Assembly: GCF_006345805.1 (NCBI RefSeq)
Contig: NC_042997.1
Span: 25,358,001-25,422,000, forward strand
Length of the DNA stretch: 64,000 nucleotides
Reading direction: 5' to 3'
Source: Octopus sinensis
Taxonomy: Eukaryota
How positions within the stretch are numbered: position 1 is the first letter of the stretch; the number at the start of each line of letters is the position of its first letter. The position numbers and the translations under genes are program-made. The notes under the pieces are model-generated. The model worked only from the letters and a program-made list of their open reading frames with translations, was not told where the DNA came from and made no database searches. This document shows, piece after piece, positions 51,665-64,000 of this stretch.

Positions 51665-51844
51665 TCTTCTGCATGTTTCAGTTATTGGAGTAAGACCATG
51701 TAGGGGCACCACATCGAAGAACTTTTAGTCTTATGAGTCGACTCCAGTACTTCTCATTCTTAAAGCGTAATACTTATTCTATCTGTCGCTTATGCCGAAC
51801 CGCTAAGTTACAGCAACGAAAACATACCTACACCAGTTCTCCGA

Positions 51845-51882
<38 letters not shown>

Positions 51883-51925
51883 GTGGTGGTGTTGGGGACA
51901 AACGAAGACCCAAACACGAACATAT
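51665..51925 (-). mobile_element. Degenerate SINE C module with internal (GGC)n(GGT)n
   Basis: GCCGAACCGCTAAGTTAC and GGGGACAAAC match module C; GC triplets at 51846-51890. Confidence 0.7.
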
Positions 51926-52423
51926 TTATTATATGACTGTATATGTGTGTGTGTTTGTGTGTGTGACATAATGTAACTTGTCTGTTTAAGTGGAAGGAAG
52001 TACATCTTGTCATGGATCTCATTATTTGTATAAAATAAATATTTAACTTATTCACTGTGTTTGCAATATTATTAGTTAGATGATGCGGTTTTTGATTGAT
52101 CAGTTTCCGATATTATTTTCGAATTTTTTTTTATTTAAGTATACTCTGTAGTTTATATGATGTCAATTTTGTAAATTGTAAGCTACCTTGGTTAAACAGC
52201 TTCGCTGTTAGATATTCGCTATGATGTTTGAATTTTTGTGATAGCGATCTAAACCAATAATAGTACCAACATTGTTATTTCTGAATTTTTCCGAATATAC
52301 ACGTGTTTATGCACATTTGTGTGTTGTTTTCTATAAGATTGTGCATGTTTGTGAGAGAATTAATTCATCTAAATATCTATCTATCAGTATGTACACACAC
52401 ACGCACACACGCATATATATATA

Positions 52424-52676
52424 TCACGTGATCACGTGACCGACCAGACCATCAGATGTTGCTACACATCGCTGGTCACAATGCGTTCGCATTGTTTTAG
52501 CCTTCGAATGACGCCACTCCGCTGGCTAAGTGAGCAGGTCAACAGAAGAAAGAGTGAAAGAAAGAGTGGCGAAAGAGTACAGCAGGGATCACCATCCCCT
52601 GCTGGTCTGGGAATCGAAACCGCGATCCTACGACCGCGAGTCCGCTGCCCTAACCATTAGGCCATTGCGCCTCCAC
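52424..52676 (-). mobile_element. SINE family G with internal deletion
   Basis: Reverse complement of 42312-42606. Confidence 0.88.
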
Positions 52677-52690
52677 AAAATAAATAAATA

Positions 52691-52850
<160 letters not shown>

Positions 52851-54325
52851 GCTGGTTGTCTAATCCTTATGCAGAGTTTCACCACCTCTGTACCTGCACC
52901 TTATGGCATCTGATGTGGCTTTTTAAACCAGACAGTGTTTTGAAAAGACACCCACATAGATTGCATATTCTATTCGGACAACCAAGAGCTGCAGTTAAGC
53001 TCTGATCTTTGTGGATCTTAAAATGTCTTTTGACGCCTCTGTTAGATTTGCAGACCTTCTGGTATACATTGCATTGAAAGGTGTGCACAGAAATATAGAC
53101 TGATTAGTTGTCGGAGGTTTGCTTTCCATGGGTACGCAAATGAAATTCGAGCCTAGCAAAAGAAAGGCATGATATGTCAGAAACTGTGCACAAAACAAAT
53201 CAATGTGATTCACCTTCTCGATCGTAACATTCTTCTTTAAATCTCTCTTGAGTCTTTCATACTTCTTCAAACGCTTTCATTCCACTTCACACTTTTGACT
53301 GTCATCCAGCTCGATACGGAGCAAGGGTTGTTATGTCCTCTGGGTCCATTCCAAGTGACTTCCTGATAGTCCTTGCCGTTCTTAAACCATTTTTTAAAGG
53401 CTTACACTGATAGCATTTCCTCTCTGCAAGCTCTCCATAAAACAGCTGTTTGGGCGTGCATTCATCCGCCGTTCGAACAATATGGTCACACCATCTCACT
53501 TTGTATTTCAAAATCATAGCTTTAATTGAGGTGATGCCTGCAGATGCAAAGACATCTGTGTTTGGAGTAAAAGAACTCCGTTTAATGTTTAAATTGTGAT
53601 GAAGGCATCTTCGGTGGAATTACTATAACAATTTAAAATGTCTTGCATATCATGTCTATGTTTCATCAGAAACACAACAGGGATGGTAACACAAATGATT
53701 TGTAAACTGCCAATTTTGTATTGTTATTTATATGTCGTTGGTGCCAAACATGTGATTCCAAGCCGCCAAATACTTGTCCATCCCTTTGAATTCGCAGATG
53801 TATTTCTTTATCCAGATTTCCATAATTTTGTACAGAGCTTCCAACGTAAGATGAAAGAATCAACAACCTCGAGTAACTAACCCTCAACAAAAATTTTAGT
53901 CGAGTTGCATACAGCTACACATGCAGGTTGATACATAACAACTATTGTTCAACTTGATGGTCAAGCAGAAAACATCACAAACTGAGTCAAATGTAGATAC
54001 AAGAGATTGCAGGCCTGTTTCACACTGGCTGACTAGATCGCAATCGTCAGCGTATAAGAGTTCCCTAACGAGTGTATTAAAATCCTTCGTTTTGAATATC
54101 AGTCCGGTCAATTTAAAACATTCCCTGTTCGATATTTTATGTAAATACCCTCCTCGGAGGTTTTAAGAGCGTGTGACAGCACAACAGCAAATAATATTGC
54201 AAAGAGGGTTGGTGCGTCAAGATCTCCTTGCCTTACTCCATTTTCCACAGCAAAAGATACAGAGAGCCTACTTCCAAAATTAACACTAGCTTTCATATCT
54301 TGATGCAAAGCCCTGATCATGTTCA
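52851..54325 (-). mobile_element. RTE (BovB-like) LINE, 5' truncated, with C-terminal C2H2 fingers
   Basis: GVRQGDLDAPTLF, ELLYADDCDLV, YVGSSVQ..DKEIHLRI, TKLAVYKSFVLPSLL, LRW-like VRWCDHIVR..PKQLFYGEL, and CNLCGCLFKTLSGLKSHIRCH; stops and frameshifts. Confidence 0.92.
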
Positions 54326-54730
54326 TATATATATATGAAAGGAGGAGGATGGTGACATACTTTCATTCACCCTTTGAATTTGGTGGTACTGGTAAAAGCT
54401 TACGCTCGCTCTGATACCATGATTTGAGGTGATGTCTTCTAGTGCCTTCAAATTTAATACACAATTATTAATAATTGAGACGCAATTATTTATAATTGAA
54501 GAGTCCTACGTTGAAGAGAAAAATAGTTGGGTAAGACATAATTATTTAATTTTTATGCTTTCCTATGATTTAATTTCGAAACGTACGTCCGTAGGTGACT
54601 TAATATAGAATGATTGTCGTCATTTCTTTCTCTGTTGCCTGCGTTGTTTGCCTTTTAAGTGCTGTGGTTTTACTGGGATCTCCCTTTTAAGTAGAAAGAA
54701 TAGCCATAACTCTTTGACTGCTATTTCTAA

Positions 54731-54783
54731 ATTCGGTGTGTTGTGGTGAGGTAAATCGTTGCTAAACCCTTAATTACTTAGTA
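54731..54783 (+). repeat. Single diverged arm of the 60267-60355 hairpin sequence
   Basis: ATTCGGTGTGTTGTGGTGAGGTAAATCGTTGCTAAACCCTTAATTACTTAGTA aligns with the hairpin arm and is followed by (TA)n. Confidence 0.75.
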
Positions 54784-54798
54784 TATATATATTTATTT

Positions 54799-54829
<31 letters not shown>

Positions 54830-54862
54830 GTGGTGTGTGTGTGTGTGTGTGTATGTGTGTGC

Positions 54863-54903
<41 letters not shown>

Positions 54904-55577
54904 TGCGTGTGTATATGTGTGTGTGTATACGTACATATATGAGAGAGAGAGGGAGAAAATGGAAGAAAACTTTTGCAGTCTATCTGAATTGAAAACCAGT
55001 ATCTATGAGCCGGTATTCCAATTGATTCAGTTAATTTGTTTCTTCACAAATCCTTCTTTCAGTTCTTTCCATGTATACACTCGTGCGAGCGTACATATTA
55101 TATATATATATTAATGATTGAGCTCGTATGACTTCGTGTGTGTGTATTTCTCTGCAAATTTGTTGGGGTTATTCATGGGAGATATACTATTAGAAATACC
55201 TAGTAATTTATCGTATTGTATGGATTTCGAATGCTAGTTTACTTTAATTCCCTATAACTGTCATTCTCAACTCCAGCGTCATTGTCAATATCTTCGCAGT
55301 AGTTATCAATGTTGAAGTTATTGGATTTTACTTTTTTCTATATATATAAGAAATTGAAGGCATATTTATTTTCTTAAACCCACAGCATACATTGTTGATG
55401 CGCTTGTTATTTTTTATTGCGCAAATTTCTATTTATTTAAATCGCTTCTTTTAGCGAAGAAATTACAAAATAAAATTGGTTTTATTTTCTTTTTAAAACG
55501 CAAAAAAATTGAAGAACAATGTGTGATATATGAACTACTGCCGATGTATATGCACGTAAGGGTGGGTACACGCATCC

Positions 55578-55624
<47 letters not shown>

Positions 55625-55729
55625 TGTGTGTGTTGTGTGGTATTTTGCATCTTTATGTTGAATATTGTTTTTTCTGTTTCTTATGCTTCTCTTATGGAGA
55701 AACATTTGAAGGAAAACTAATGAAAACAA

Positions 55730-56505
55730 AATACTAGCAGGAGGGCAGATATTAAGAAAGAATAGAGAGAACTAAATACAAAAGAAAAGGAGAGAAAATA
55801 GGTGGGTAGTTAAAGTAGTAAATAGAGAGAGAGAGAGAGAGAGAGAGATTTGGAGAGAGCGTAAAATATCGTAAGAAATAATACACAGTGTGGGATCAAA
55901 AGAGGTGAGAACAAAAAGATAACTGATTCTAAAGGAGAAAGGTTAAAATAGTAAATATTTGAATGCGTGAATATTTAAGAGCTGAACTGAACTCTAAGTG
56001 AAGTTCATACTAAGAAAATTACATTTGAAGATATAGATGGAAAGACTGAGTCAGAATGAGAGAAGGAAATAAAGGAGAAGTAAAAGATTTGTGAAGGAAG
56101 AGGCGATGGCGATGATATAGAGATAGAAATGATAACCATAGAATGTTTCAGAAATATTGGAGCAGTTTGAAAGTGCCAGTGAAAGAGAAGGGATGGGGTA
56201 GAGAGAATGAGTAGAGAGGGAAGAAAAAAAAGGGGACGAAAGAATTAGCGAGAATTAAAAATGAAAGTAAGTTAATATGGAAGAGGATGGTTGGGGATTA
56301 AAATGATTATAGAACAAAAATGGGAATAATATAAGAGAAATAGAGAGCAGAAAAAGAATGCGTTGAAAAATTAAAAAAAAGACTAAGCGGATGAACAAGA
56401 AAAAAATAAGGAGGGGGAGTGTAAGAGAACGAGGGAGAGGAACTGAGAGCTCATCTAAGATAACCAGAATTATAATTTAAGTGTGTGAATGACTGAGAGA
56501 ACGGG

Positions 56506-56550
<45 letters not shown>

Positions 56551-56563
56551 ATATATATATTAT

Positions 56564-56612
<49 letters not shown>

Positions 56613-57200
56613 ATGATGGATGGATGGATAGATAGATACATACATATATAGTTGATAGATAGAAAGGAGAAGTGGGAAGAAACTCAGTAGCAACGGAGTC
56701 AATTCAGAGTATCAAAAGCAGTCAAAAATAATAGTGGATATGTGAAGTAAATGTAAAAGGGAAAGGTTGAATAATGAATAATACACAGAGAAACATTTTG
56801 TAGGCAAAAATAGAAAAAGATTGATATTGAATGGCGGTGAAAGACTAAAACGTCAGAAAAAGTAGAAGACTGACTAAAGTAAAGCAGAGAGAAAGAGAGA
56901 GAATGGAGAGAATATAGAGAGGGGAAACACGGAATGAATTAATCAAAGAAGGAAATATGAAGTTAGAAAGTAATTGAGAGATTGAGAAGGAAAGACAGAG
57001 TTACAGGGTAAGCTAGCAGAGGAGAGATAGGAAATTGGACTGACAAAGTCAAAGAGACAAGGAGAAAAAAAATGTCCTGTAAAAGAAGGAAATTAAAAGC
57101 GTGAACAGGAATGAAAGTGAAAAACTAAAATATTTGGAATAGAAATTAAAAAATGGAGGCAAAGTATGAGTTGAATTTTGAAAAGGGCGATTACAAAAAA
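55730..57200 (+). repeat. Purine-rich low-complexity tract with embedded (GA), (TA) and (GATA) repeats
   Basis: Direct reading. Confidence 0.8.
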
Positions 57201-58974
57201 ATATAAAATTTTTAACAAAGTTTTTATGTGTATATATCACTTTATTATTAGTCTGTTTTTTTTTTATTTACCTTATGCGTTCCAATGGCTATTATATAGG
57301 ATCTATCTCGGATTAATAGGGTTTTAGTTCATCATATCAAAAGCTAAACATTTATTTAGAATTCGTGTCGAAAGAGAGAAAAAAATTCTGTATTTAACCT
57401 CTTACGAATTCGATATTTTGTCGTAGAATTTAATGTGCAGAAGCGCGATTTTTTCTTTTAATGTTTTACTATATAGGCTCACAACTACACATTCCTCTCT
57501 TTCTTTTTATTTGGAACAGTGTCGGCGATTAAATTGACTCCAGTGCATTAATCTTACTTATTTTATGGCTCCAGCAGGATGAAATACAAACTGGTTTGTG
57601 AGCTGAGTGCTTAAAGGGAAATAACTAAAACTCCTGAAGCGTTTGGTATGAATTCTATCGATTCCTTGTGCATACGGCATATTCTTTCTTTGACATAACG
57701 CCTCAAATCAAGGAAACTGCAGTAATTTAAATCGGTCATTGTATTCGATTCGTACTTATGTATTTCGTCGAACCTTAAGTAAACAGCGAAATCAACTCGC
57801 CAGGATATGAACTGAAAACACTCTAAAGCATTCTGTTCTGTTGTCATACATTTGCAATTAATCAAGAAGTTGTATAAATAATCTATTTTCCTATATCGGT
57901 GGTGACCGATGTCATCTTGGCATACGGTTGACTGAGTATATGCTACTGACAAAGCCTAATAAGGCAGAAACGCATTGAACGTTTTTACCGATCGCTGCTA
58001 GGCTAACTTTCGTTTGCCTTTGATATATTTATTTATTGTTTTTAAATACTGCTCATTCACATGAGATATCATCTCAAGACGAATTCGGAATACATTTGCC
58101 TATCACGTTGTATTAAGTATGATACCAAATGTTCGGTGTGTGGCTATCAAGACTGACCATGGTTAAGGCTAGGAGGTAACCTCACCGTCATTCTGAAAGT
58201 CCAGGATTCGCAATAGTGGATAATATATATAGAAATCCACAAGAGAAACGAAGTGAGACAACAGACCCATCAGTTGACTGCAGTCTCGTAAACTGCGTTA
58301 ATTCCATAAGCGATGCTACATTGTTTGTCACAGATATGTAAATGAATATGCATGTGAATATGCACATACGCAACCATAGATACAATTATGCTGTAATATA
58401 ACGAAGAGTACAATTTACAAACTTTACAGCCTTTCACGGAAGATTAAAACGGATGCATGTATGTATACATGCACTTTACATTACAACTAACAGTCTCTTC
58501 AAGTTGTTGCGTAAATATTTTAACGATTATGTAAAGAAAACATGAACATTTTCATTTTAAGAAACATTTGTTTAAGATTTCAGTAGTTATTGACAAATTT
58601 GGAGAGAATTCTGTAGAGAAGAAATGAGTGCGATTTATTATTTTCGAGATTATTTTTTAGACGGTATAATTGTCGAAACTAGGGTGGAAACGTAATGAAT
58701 GGTGGATGAATGTCAGAGATGTTCAGCCAGAAGAAAACCTACTGTGCTGATTTCAAATGGTTGAAAGAAATGTAAAGAAGACTGAATATATTTGATTGAG
58801 CAATTTGTTTTTACTTGTGCGTGTATGATCTGCATTCACGCCTCTGTGCAAAGGCATCTTAGTTCATAAGTAGACGAAATCATATCTTTCGCTATTAATT
58901 CAAAGAGCCATACACGTCATACTCTCATACTGATTTTATCAAAAAGCGATCTTACTACTTGGAAAGTAGGACCT

Positions 58975-59405
58975 AAGTTATATGATACTTGAGTCGTGTG
59001 CTATCCTTGGTAGGTGACTTTTATCGTAAGATATGATCATGTATTCAGTCTTCTTTGCATTATGAAGTAATATTAACAAGAATATTGTTGATGAACTGAA
59101 GGGTACGATCATCAGCAAAGTGAAGATCATAGAGTAGCTCGTACTCACTAATGACGTTATGAAAGCTTTTGTATTATTACTGAGGCTTTTACCTCGATGT
59201 GATCGAAACCTATCGTAAGAATGTAGTCTATTAGTCTCAAAGGAAACATTTGTAATTTGAATAAACTCTGATGGATTTTCAAACATGATGACTTTCACGA
59301 TTTCACCTGTGATGCTTCCCTATATCTAACGTAGGTTTTTCTGTCGACGCAATTATATGCTTTGGAGAGATACATAACTACAACTGATGCATTTGCATAA
59401 AGATT
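58975..59405 (-). mobile_element. Decayed RTE-type RT fragment
   Basis: YLSKAYNCVDR, DLHFADD and NAKKTEYM relics in shifted frames. Confidence 0.55.
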
Positions 59406-59409
59406 CTGA

Positions 59410-59815
59410 GAAATTCTAATGCTGCTGTGCTTGATAACGTCAATGATAGCATTGATATAAATAATGAAAAGGACTGGACCCAATACTGTGCATTATGGGA
59501 CTCCATAAGGATTCTTGCCGAGCTTGATGGAACACCATCTATCACCAAATGCTGATTTCTGTTCACCAGAAAATACTTTATCCACTTTAACGGTTGCCTT
59601 CGGACTCCAATTTTCGATAAATTTTTGATAGGATACTGAGGCCATCCTTGTCGAAGGCGTTGCTGAAGTTAAAATATATGATATCTGCATTGGGGTCCTC
59701 TTCCAGACCCTTTAGGATGTCATCAAGGTGATGTAAGAGTTGTGTTAGGCAGTCTCTGTCATTGTTGGTTGAAAATAAGTAGGCCACAATAACAAACTGC
59801 GAGAGTTTCGCAAAA
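59410..59815 (-). mobile_element. CR1/L2-type RT fragment
   Basis: RDCLTQLLHHLDDILKGL..DIIYFNFSNAFDK, YGVP..TVLGPVLFIIYINAI..IKHSSIRI. Confidence 0.8.
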
Positions 59816-60103
59816 TCACTTCCGCCCATTCACTGCTGGTAGAATTTGAATTGACAAAGTATTTGAAACTGCTCTTTGGAGAGTCGAACCTTTATCACAA
59901 CTGTTATTGACATAAGATCAATTTTATTCTTGCATCCTCCCTTTTTCCGCCTCCCTGTCATTCTTTCTCTCGGCCATACACGCACACCTACACGCATCCA
60001 CACATTCACACATTCAAATACGTTTATACAAGCACATACAAGTACATGACTGCAACACATATGTAGCACTTGTACAAATACACATTCACACATCTATCGA
60101 TCC

Positions 60104-60203
<100 letters not shown>

Positions 60204-60266
60204 CACTCTCTCTCTCTCTGTATACATATGTATATATATATATAATATATATATATAATATATATA

Positions 60267-60355
60267 TACTAAGCATAAAGGGTTTAGCAACGAATTGCCT
60301 TACCACATACCGAATTGGTAAGGCAATTCGTTGCTAAACCCTTTATTGCTTAGTA
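60267..60355. other. Near-perfect 89-nt hairpin (39-bp stem, one bulge, 10-nt loop), probably a collapsed MITE
   Basis: TACTAAGCA-TAAAGGGTTTAGCAACGAATTGCCTTACCA and its reverse complement; related single arm at 54731. Confidence 0.9.
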
Positions 60356-61277
60356 TTACTTAAATTTTCCTCGAATGAGGCTTTTACATGCCGAAGACTA
60401 CTTGGTGTAATTGATAATTATTCCAAATTAATTTCACCCTTCATTATTACGGATAACCATATATATATATATATATATATAATTAATAAATAATAAATAT
60501 ATGCATATATACATACATATATGTACGTACCTACCTCTACATGTATATATACATGCATATATAGGTACAGGACACCAAAAAAAAACGTCGAACACAATGA
60601 GAAACGAAAACATAAACACAAAACCAAGGAAATGGACATTATTCTAAACAACGAAAAAATAGAGTACAGGACATACAAAACAAAGAAAATTCCCCTTCTT
60701 CAGTCGCCTTAATTTCATCTACTCCACGTTTCGAAGGTCAAGGCGATACATGACTTCAATGAAATTTTCCTTCCCGCGAAAATCAAATTAAATAAAATTT
60801 GAGATTTTTTTGCGGAGGGGTAAAAAGGGTAACAAAAACAGGACAGTAACGACAGTACAAAATATAAACAGTAAAAGACAGGACAGAGAATAACAGTAAC
60901 ACAAACAAGAAGGGCTGTTAAGCCAAACGAGATAAAAAACTTTTACGAACGCTATTGTTTGATACGCTAGAGAGAACAGATTAACGTCTCTACTTGATGG
61001 AGTCCAGGAAAGAAAAGACAGAAGTGGCCTTCTCATCACGTGACCGCGACGGCAGGGAGGAGGAGGAGTAGGAGAAGGGGAGAGAAAAGAAGAGAGAAAG
61101 GAAGGGAAATGGTTGTAGAGAAAAAAGAATGAAGAATGAGAGAGAGGGGGAGAGACAGTAAAGTGGAAGAAAAGGGAAGCCCAAAGAATGAAGGCTGAGA
61201 AAGGGAGGGGAGCGAAAGGTTAAGAGTGCGCATCAATTAATATTAAGAACAATCTTACATAGAAAGGGATGCAACAC

Positions 61278-61547
61278 CGTGATCATCGTGACCGACCGGG
61301 CTCTCAGATGTTGCTACACAAGGCTGGTCGCAATGCGCTTCGCATTGTTTCAGCTTTCAAATGGCGCCACTCCGAAGAAAGAGTGAGAGAAAGTTGTGGC
61401 GAAAGAGTACAGCAGGGACCACCACCGCACCCTGCCGGGGCCTCGTGGAGCTTTAGGTGTTTTCGCTTAAGAAACACTCACAACGCCCGGTCTGGGAATC
61501 GAAACTGCGAGTCCGCTGCCCTAACAACTGGGTCATTGCGCCTCCAC
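61278..61547 (-). mobile_element. SINE family G, diverged
   Basis: D head plus G tail with deletions. Confidence 0.82.
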
Positions 61548-61576
61548 ACACGCATATATATTATATATATATATAT

Positions 61577-61981
61577 ATTTCTTTACTACCCATAAGGGGC
61601 TAAACACAGAGGGGACAAACAAGGACAGACAAACGGATTAAGTCGATTACATCGAACCCAGTGAACTGGTACTTAATTTATCGACCCCGAAAGGATGAAA
61701 GGCAAAGTCGACCTCGGCGGAATTTGAACTCAGAACGTAGCGGCAGACAAAATACCCATTTCTTTATTACCCACAAGGGGCTACACATAGAAGGGACAAA
61801 CAAGGACAGACATAGGTATTAAGTCGATTACATCGACCCCAGTGCGTAACTGGTACTTATTTATCGACCCCGAAAGGATGAAAGGTAAAGTCGACCTCGG
61901 CGGAATTGAACTCACAACGTAACGGCAGCGAAATACCGCTAAGCATTTCGCCCGACGTGCTAACGTTTCTGCCAGCTCGCC
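61577..61981 (-). mobile_element. SINE family A, two tandem units
   Basis: Unit starts at 61577 and 61758 (period 181), then the head. Confidence 0.92.
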
Positions 61982-62019
61982 TTATATATGTATTATATAT
62001 ATATATATATATATAATAT

Positions 62020-62050
<31 letters not shown>

Positions 62051-62583
62051 CTTTATTTACACATGTACATGCGCTTACCAATACGCCCACAGCGATGAAA
62101 CCCATCATCTTATAAATAACATCCCTCACGTACCCTCCACTTACAACGGTGTCATTAATAAACACGTAGTTGTGCACTGTTTTTATATGACTTAAGAAGC
62201 GATACCATCTGATAACATATGAATAATTGAATTAAATTTCTTTGTATCATTCATTCGTTTCGACTCACCCAGCTCAACAAACCCTCACACCTCTTGCAAA
62301 TTATTTTGATTCTTTCACGGAACACTGGTTTTCTCTTATATTGGAACATACCTTTAGTTGGCACTGTCTGCTGCTATTATCTGCAACGAAATTCATTCCA
62401 GGTACAAAAAGAAAATGAGAATGTTTTCATTTTCTTTGTTTTATTTTCGCTAAAAATATCCTAACGTTCACCTCGTTATGCGCCATGTATGATATTCATA
62501 TTAGCTATTTTATTTTATACTTTATTCTATTTTATTTTATTTTTACTATCATGTCCGTCCCTTTATATTTTCTTCGGTTTCAT

Positions 62584-62794
62584 TCTTCTTCTTCTTCTTC
62601 TTCTTCTTCTTCTTCTTCTTCTTCTTCTTCTTCTTCTTTTTCTTCTTCTTCTTTTTCTTCTTTTTCTTCTTCGGCTTCTTCGTCTTCTTCTTCTTCTTCG
62701 TCTCCTTCATCTTCTTCTTCTTCTTCTTCTTCTTCTTCTTCTTCTTCGTCTCCTTCTTCTTCTTCTTCTTCTTCTTCTTCTTCTTCTTCTTCTT

Positions 62795-62825
<31 letters not shown>
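62584..62825. repeat. (TTC)n microsatellite
   Basis: Direct reading. Confidence 0.97.
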
Positions 62826-63413
62826 TTTTATATCTGATGGTCGTATGACCTTTTTTCTTTTGTTCCCTTTTTCTTTATTTAACAAGTAATAACTTCAATT
62901 GGCTTTCTTTCACAACAACTTTTCTTTTTTTTATTTATATTTTATGTTTTTGCTTCTTCTTTCCGCTGCCTATCTTTCTGCCAAGTCTTCCTGATTTCTT
63001 GTCTGTCTGTCAGTCTGACTTCATTGCATTTGCATTATTTTGCGTTACCTTACAGTGCATTGCCTTGCCACAACATTGCAATTATAACGAATATAATCAA
63101 AATAGTATTATATTCAATTTCCTATTGTTTATTTAGTGTTGATTGAAAAATGTATTGACATCGTCATCATCACTGACAGCTTGTTTTAGCACATTTCCAG
63201 TCAGCGGTTTGATCTGGACGAGGCTATTTTTATTCAAACTATTAACAAATTCTTTATTCACTCGATAGAACAAAAGAAAGAAAAAGAAAAAGAAGAGAAA
63301 GAGAGCAACAGTTGATAGGGAAAGTAAGAGAAAAGGAAAGAGAGTGCATATATGCGTTTGAAGGGGAAAGTGGAATGAGAAGGTAGAAAGCAATAACTGA
63401 TGAAGATGATATG

Positions 63414-63447
<34 letters not shown>

Positions 63448-63604
63448 TGTATGTATGTAGATGAATGTGCGTGGTGTGAGTGTAGGAAAGAAATTTCCTC
63501 ATACTGGTCATCATGATCATCGTTATGAGCACCAAAATGATTTTCACAATGATAATATTAGTGAGAAAAGATTTTCAACCATATAAGGCTCTGTGATGGT
63601 TCTT

Positions 63605-63664
63605 TATCAACAGGTTCAAATTCAGTCAGTGATCGCCAACTGACTGAATTTGAACCTGTTGATA
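63605..63664. other. Perfect 60-nt hairpin (26-bp stem, 8-nt loop)
   Basis: TATCAACAGGTTCAAATTCAGTCAGT gatcgcca ACTGACTGAATTTGAACCTGTTGATA. Confidence 0.95.
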
Positions 63665-64000
63665 TTTTGTTTTGTTTAAAACTAAATAACATAAACGTTA
63701 ATAGAGAGGCCTGTCGTTTGAAATGAAAGTTAAACAAAACAAAATACAGCTTTTAAGTCATTGTTTCCTTTTTATTTCGACTTTCAACCCATTTCGTGTC
63801 TCCAGAATCTATCCGAATTCTTGCTGTAATACTTATTTCGGTTTGATTCAGATTTTCCTAAGGATTGCGAATTAAAAACGGCAAACAGTCATGAATCAAA
63901 GTAAATATTCAGTAATAAAATAAAATATTTAAATAGAAGTTGCGTGAGTAGTTAAAAGTTTAAAGCCAGACGTCAGTTCTCTGAAAAGAGGTGAGTATGT

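Noticed and set aside
58187-58315. Exon on the - strand ending at donor ACG|GTGAGG
   Set aside because: All three frames contain stops, and a 7-nt microexon alternative is untestable from sequence alone.

Overview
AT-rich animal DNA packed with microsatellites, almost certainly intronic or intergenic. The SINE families and microsatellite density look like Octopus (inference from recognising the repeats; no search was run). No host gene can be assigned confidently, and nearly all ORFs in the supplied track are translations of microsatellites or SINEs. Supported content: (1) dozens of tRNA-headed SINEs from several modular families, labelled A, B/C, D, E, F and G here. Several have clear target-site duplications, family A has a tandemly repeating ~183-bp internal unit, and family B/C carries an internal microsatellite. 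(2) DNA transposon relics: a mariner left end, a Chapaev3-type element, a DUF4817-type Tc1/mariner, a Merlin-like fragment, a 294-bp Helitron and MITEs. (3) LINE relics: R4/Dong-like RLE, RTE and CR1-like. The strongest unexpected signal is a complete type I hammerhead ribozyme on the + strand at 6346-6442. It lies downstream of a TGACGTCA + TATAAA motif inside a ~500-bp unique cassette flanked by (TA)n, consistent with a Penelope-like or retrozyme-type element. Other leads are two near-perfect 60-90 nt hairpins (60267-60355 and 63605-63664), a GC3-biased coding-like island at ~3245-3426, a CpG-rich promoter-like segment near 25 kb and a few splice-site-bounded candidate exons.
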